From Spirogloea muscicola (taxonomy: Eukaryota): a DNA stretch of 21,435 bases. Within the stretch, counting starts at the first letter, position 1, and each line of letters begins with the position of its first letter. A program made the position numbers and the translations under genes. This document shows positions 19,850 through 21,435 of the stretch, in pieces. The notes below the pieces were generated by a model that saw nothing but the letters and a program-made list of their open reading frames with translations, was not told where the DNA came from and made no database searches. The stretch covers positions 385,637-407,071 of the forward strand of contig WELB01000023.1 in assembly GCA_009602725.1 (NCBI GenBank), given 5' to 3'.

Positions 19850-21435
19850 TCAGGAATTACGAGTGAGGAGCCTCAGATCCGACAGACTAGCTGCCGGGAA
19901 GCTATCACCCTGACGAAAGCCAGAGGCCGCAGCAAGAGCACGGCCAGCACGCAGATGCAGAGCGTGGGCCATGGACCGCTGGAGGGACACTGACAATCTC
20001 ATCCGGTATACCTGAGCCCACGAGCCAGCTGCATTGAAGTCAGCCGGTTCGCCGCGCCGGCGGGATACAGCACGCCGCGCGAGCCTGGCCAGTAGGTCGA
20101 GCAACTGGGACCCGAGAGCCCCGTGCACGTCCACTGCCAGCGGAATGAATTCATCTGCAGCCGGGTGGTCGGCGTGCTTGGCCGCCTTGCTGCGAGCAGC
20201 CTTCGCCGCAGCATGGCCAGCCCGCGAGGCAGAGAGCCCCGGGTTGGAACGGTCGACCACATCGGTGGTGACGACGTCGGCGATGATGCGCGCGCCGCCG
20301 CCCGGCGTGGACGCCACCAGGTCGACACGGCGCGTATGGAGTCCGTCGGCCCTCTGGAGGATGGGCATGACGGAGGCGTTCTCCATTGCGACCGTGTAGC
20401 CAGCCTCTTGAAAGATGCCGAACATGGCATCGCGCAGAAGATCGTGAGCCGCTGTACGTTCACCTCCAGTGGCGCAGCGGAGGATGTGCGCCGCCAGCTC
20501 CGTCGGGTCCGTTGACCGCTCCCCACATGGTTATGGGTATGCCGGCAGCCTATCTGTCATTTCTGCGACGTCGAGTGTCAACCTGTCTGCAACGAGCTCA
20601 GGCGTATGCTCTGCATCAGAAAGCTGGTCGAGCCTTAGCTGCTGGCACAAGAGCTAGTCAATTGCCGTCCGGTATTCGAGCGTCAGCTAGCGACCTCTAT
20701 GTGCTGACTCGTGGTTACTGAGCGGGTCAGCTTAGCAGCAGGTGACGTACATTTGTCCAATGTGCTTGCCTTTGTACTTGGCCACACATGGCCTCCCCAT
20801 CTCTTAATATACACGCATTTCCCACACTCGCACTGCAGCACGCCCAGCAGGCAGGGCGGGGGGAGGCCCAGCAGGCGATGGGTGGCTGTGCGGAACAGCT
20901 CATCCGGCATCCGGAGGGCATCATACAACGGAAGCGCGGAGAGCCAGGCTGCAGCCCTGGGGGAGGCGGCCGACAGCAGCCGAGCACGGCCGCGCACGTC
21001 GCTGGCAGGGAGGAGCTGCAGCAAGGCCGTGAACGACGCCGTGTCGACGGCCGCCATGTAGCGCGCCTGCGCCTGTGAGTCCGTGGTGTGGGCAAGGCGG
21101 GCAAACGGGACCACGCTCTCTGCAAGGGCAGGGTGCTCCGCGAGTAACCCGTCTTGGGCTGAGCGGAGTGCCTCCTGACAAGGCAACGAGCCCGTCGCCA
21201 CCTCCTCCACGACCTGCTGTGGCAGGGGCCGCCCATCATGGAGGAAGCGCTGCGCCACCGACGTGGCGACCTGGGCCCAGCTGCCAAGGAATGCTGGCCT
21301 GCAGACGCGCGCGAGCGAGCGGCAGCCGAGGCCGCCCTGGCCAGGGGGCAGAGTGGCCTGCAGCTTCGCAGCTGGCGAGGCAAGGAAGCCAGCGTGGCGG
21401 ATGAGGGCCGCCGCGCCCTCCATGACCCCCGCGTC
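19850..21435 (-). pseudogene. Retrotransposon polyprotein C-terminus (thumb/zinc knuckle/RLE) interrupted by an insertion
   Basis: Segments 21435-20821 and 20521-19850 join in frame (..LQCECG|ERSTDPTELAAHILRC..) once 20528-20820 and one TSD copy are removed. No other stops in these segments. Confidence 0.88.
20528..20820 (+). mobile_element. 293-bp 5'-truncated copy of a divergent related retrotransposon (subfamily E), antisense, 6-bp TSD
   Basis: Encodes YLSFLRRRVSTCLQRAQAYALHQKAGRALAAG..SASDLYVLTRGY* (stop 20719-20721) plus about 100 bp of UTR. CCCACA occurs at 20522-20527 and 20821-20826. Confidence 0.9.

Larger units (their letters stand above)
19703..21435 (-). mobile_element. CRE/SLACS-like RLE non-LTR retrotransposon (subfamily D), 3' part, continuing beyond the window
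   Basis: Post-RT QATLP..GGLG, AAAWLSALP..LRM..FR..RLLG, CCHC knuckle C-E-C-G..H-I-L-R-C..GGERTAAHD..RD, and RLE motifs RRVDLV..IIADVVT..AARSKAAKH..FIPLAVDVHG..G..RLSVSLQR. 3' UTR spans 19849-19712, followed by a CTTCTCTCTT tail. Confidence 0.9.

Noticed and set aside
20683..20820. C-terminus KCVYIKRWGG.. of the 246-aa ORF
   Set aside because: It is read-through into the antisense insertion, not element protein.

Overview
Eukaryotic, intron-rich genomic DNA from the green-plant lineage. GC-rich first exons and this gene set suggest a streptophyte alga or early-diverging plant (inference). Four spliced host genes can be reconstructed by hand. (1) A minus-strand 4-coumarate:CoA-ligase-like acyl-activating enzyme ending in a PTS1-like SHL, with its 5' end lost at an N. 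(2) A minus-strand DOMON + cytochrome b561 (CYBDOM) gene with one GC-AG intron. (3, 4) Two tandem plus-strand secreted PCC13-62-type desiccation-related ferritin-like genes. Intergenic space holds four clusters of fragments of CRE/SLACS-like non-LTR retrotransposons with a restriction-like endonuclease (RLE). The longest copy (19.7-21.4 kb) is split inside its zinc knuckle by an antisense relative flanked by a 6-bp target-site duplication (TSD). The most striking pattern is that short 3' ends of several subfamilies are stacked head to tail. They share a GGGCTG..CAGCCC hairpin, and most also carry a GAGC-type terminal motif and a pyrimidine tail. In two cases TSDs show the newer copy landed at the tail of the previous one. 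A 135-bp minisatellite with a 270-bp AB higher-order period abuts the N. Subfamily letters A-E are my own labels.
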